This document shows positions 63,709 through 64,000 of a stretch of DNA of 64,000 nt, one piece after another. Position numbers and translations under genes: made by a program. The notes below the pieces were generated by a model. The model saw only the letters and a program-made list of their open reading frames with translations. It ran no database searches and had not been told where the DNA came from. The stretch covers positions 4,883-68,882 of the forward strand of contig DUMO01000041.1 of the NCBI GenBank assembly GCA_012839865.1, given 5' to 3'. The stretch comes from Clostridiaceae bacterium (GTDB taxonomy: Bacteria; Bacillota; Clostridia; CAYPLH01; DUMO01). The number at the start of each line of letters is the position of its first letter. Within the stretch, counting starts at the first letter, position 1.

Positions 63709-64000
63709 TTTCTCACCGCCTCCAAGCCGTTGACCAGATTATCTATTCCATACTTGTATTTTTCGATTGTAATTTCCCTGCGCTTTTCAATATTAATTCT
63801 GATTCCCTGTTTTCTCAGGCTTGCAATTATTTGACTGTTATTCAGTCCCAATTCAAGCTGATCAGAATTTCCAATTACTTTGATTTCATAGGGTACCGCA
63901 TATCTTACATTGTTAATCCTGACCAGTGTACCGGCACACACCTGCTCACTGGTTGAAATGATTCTTTCTCCATTAACCGATATTGCCTGTGCGCCGGCCT
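63705..64000 (-). CDS. DUF881-family protein, 3' part (start beyond the window)
   Basis: The frame continues upstream of the track ORF: AGAQAISVNGERIISTSEQVCAG...PYEIKVIG. Confidence 0.85.
   Translation of the reverse strand, partial: AGAQAISVNGERIISTSEQVCAGTLVRINNVRYAVPYEIKVIGNSDQLELGLNNSQIIASLRKQGIRINIEKRREITIEKYKYGIDNLVNGLEAVRK

Overview
Low-GC chromosomal DNA from a spore-forming clostridium; gene content and order suggest an Acetivibrio/Ruminiclostridium-like organism (inference). Most genes are on the minus strand. Bases 1-11.4 kb hold an accessory catabolic island: DegT-family aminotransferase (runs off the edge), LarA-family protein, Gfo/Idh/MocA oxidoreductase, sugar ABC transporter, AraC regulator, two amidohydrolase-fold genes and an acetamidase/formamidase. 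Its two promoters share a duplicated operator. The rest is largely housekeeping and sporulation backbone: deoB-xerD-spoIIM-nudF, rnhA, proC, a gerA-type operon, rnpB, trmK, sigA-dnaG, secDF, SCIFF ranthipeptide scfAB, yajC-tgt-queA, lysine riboswitch-dapAB, rubrerythrin, recO-era-cdd-dgkA-ybeY-pgpH-phoH-yqfD-yqfC, pdaA, two DUF881 genes and five tRNAs. Reading by eye added small genes the ORF track missed (mciZ-like, scfA, yqzL, two small membrane proteins). It also showed several non-coding oddities: an orphan TnpB-type omega-RNA/right end with no tnpB, a lysine riboswitch with a ~92-nt inserted domain, a 172-nt forked hairpin, a 241-bp MITE-like element, an integrative-element relic at tRNA-Pro, and a mosaic of gene fragments between comB and scfA. 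I saw no CRISPR array or rRNA. All family calls come from motif recognition, not database searches.
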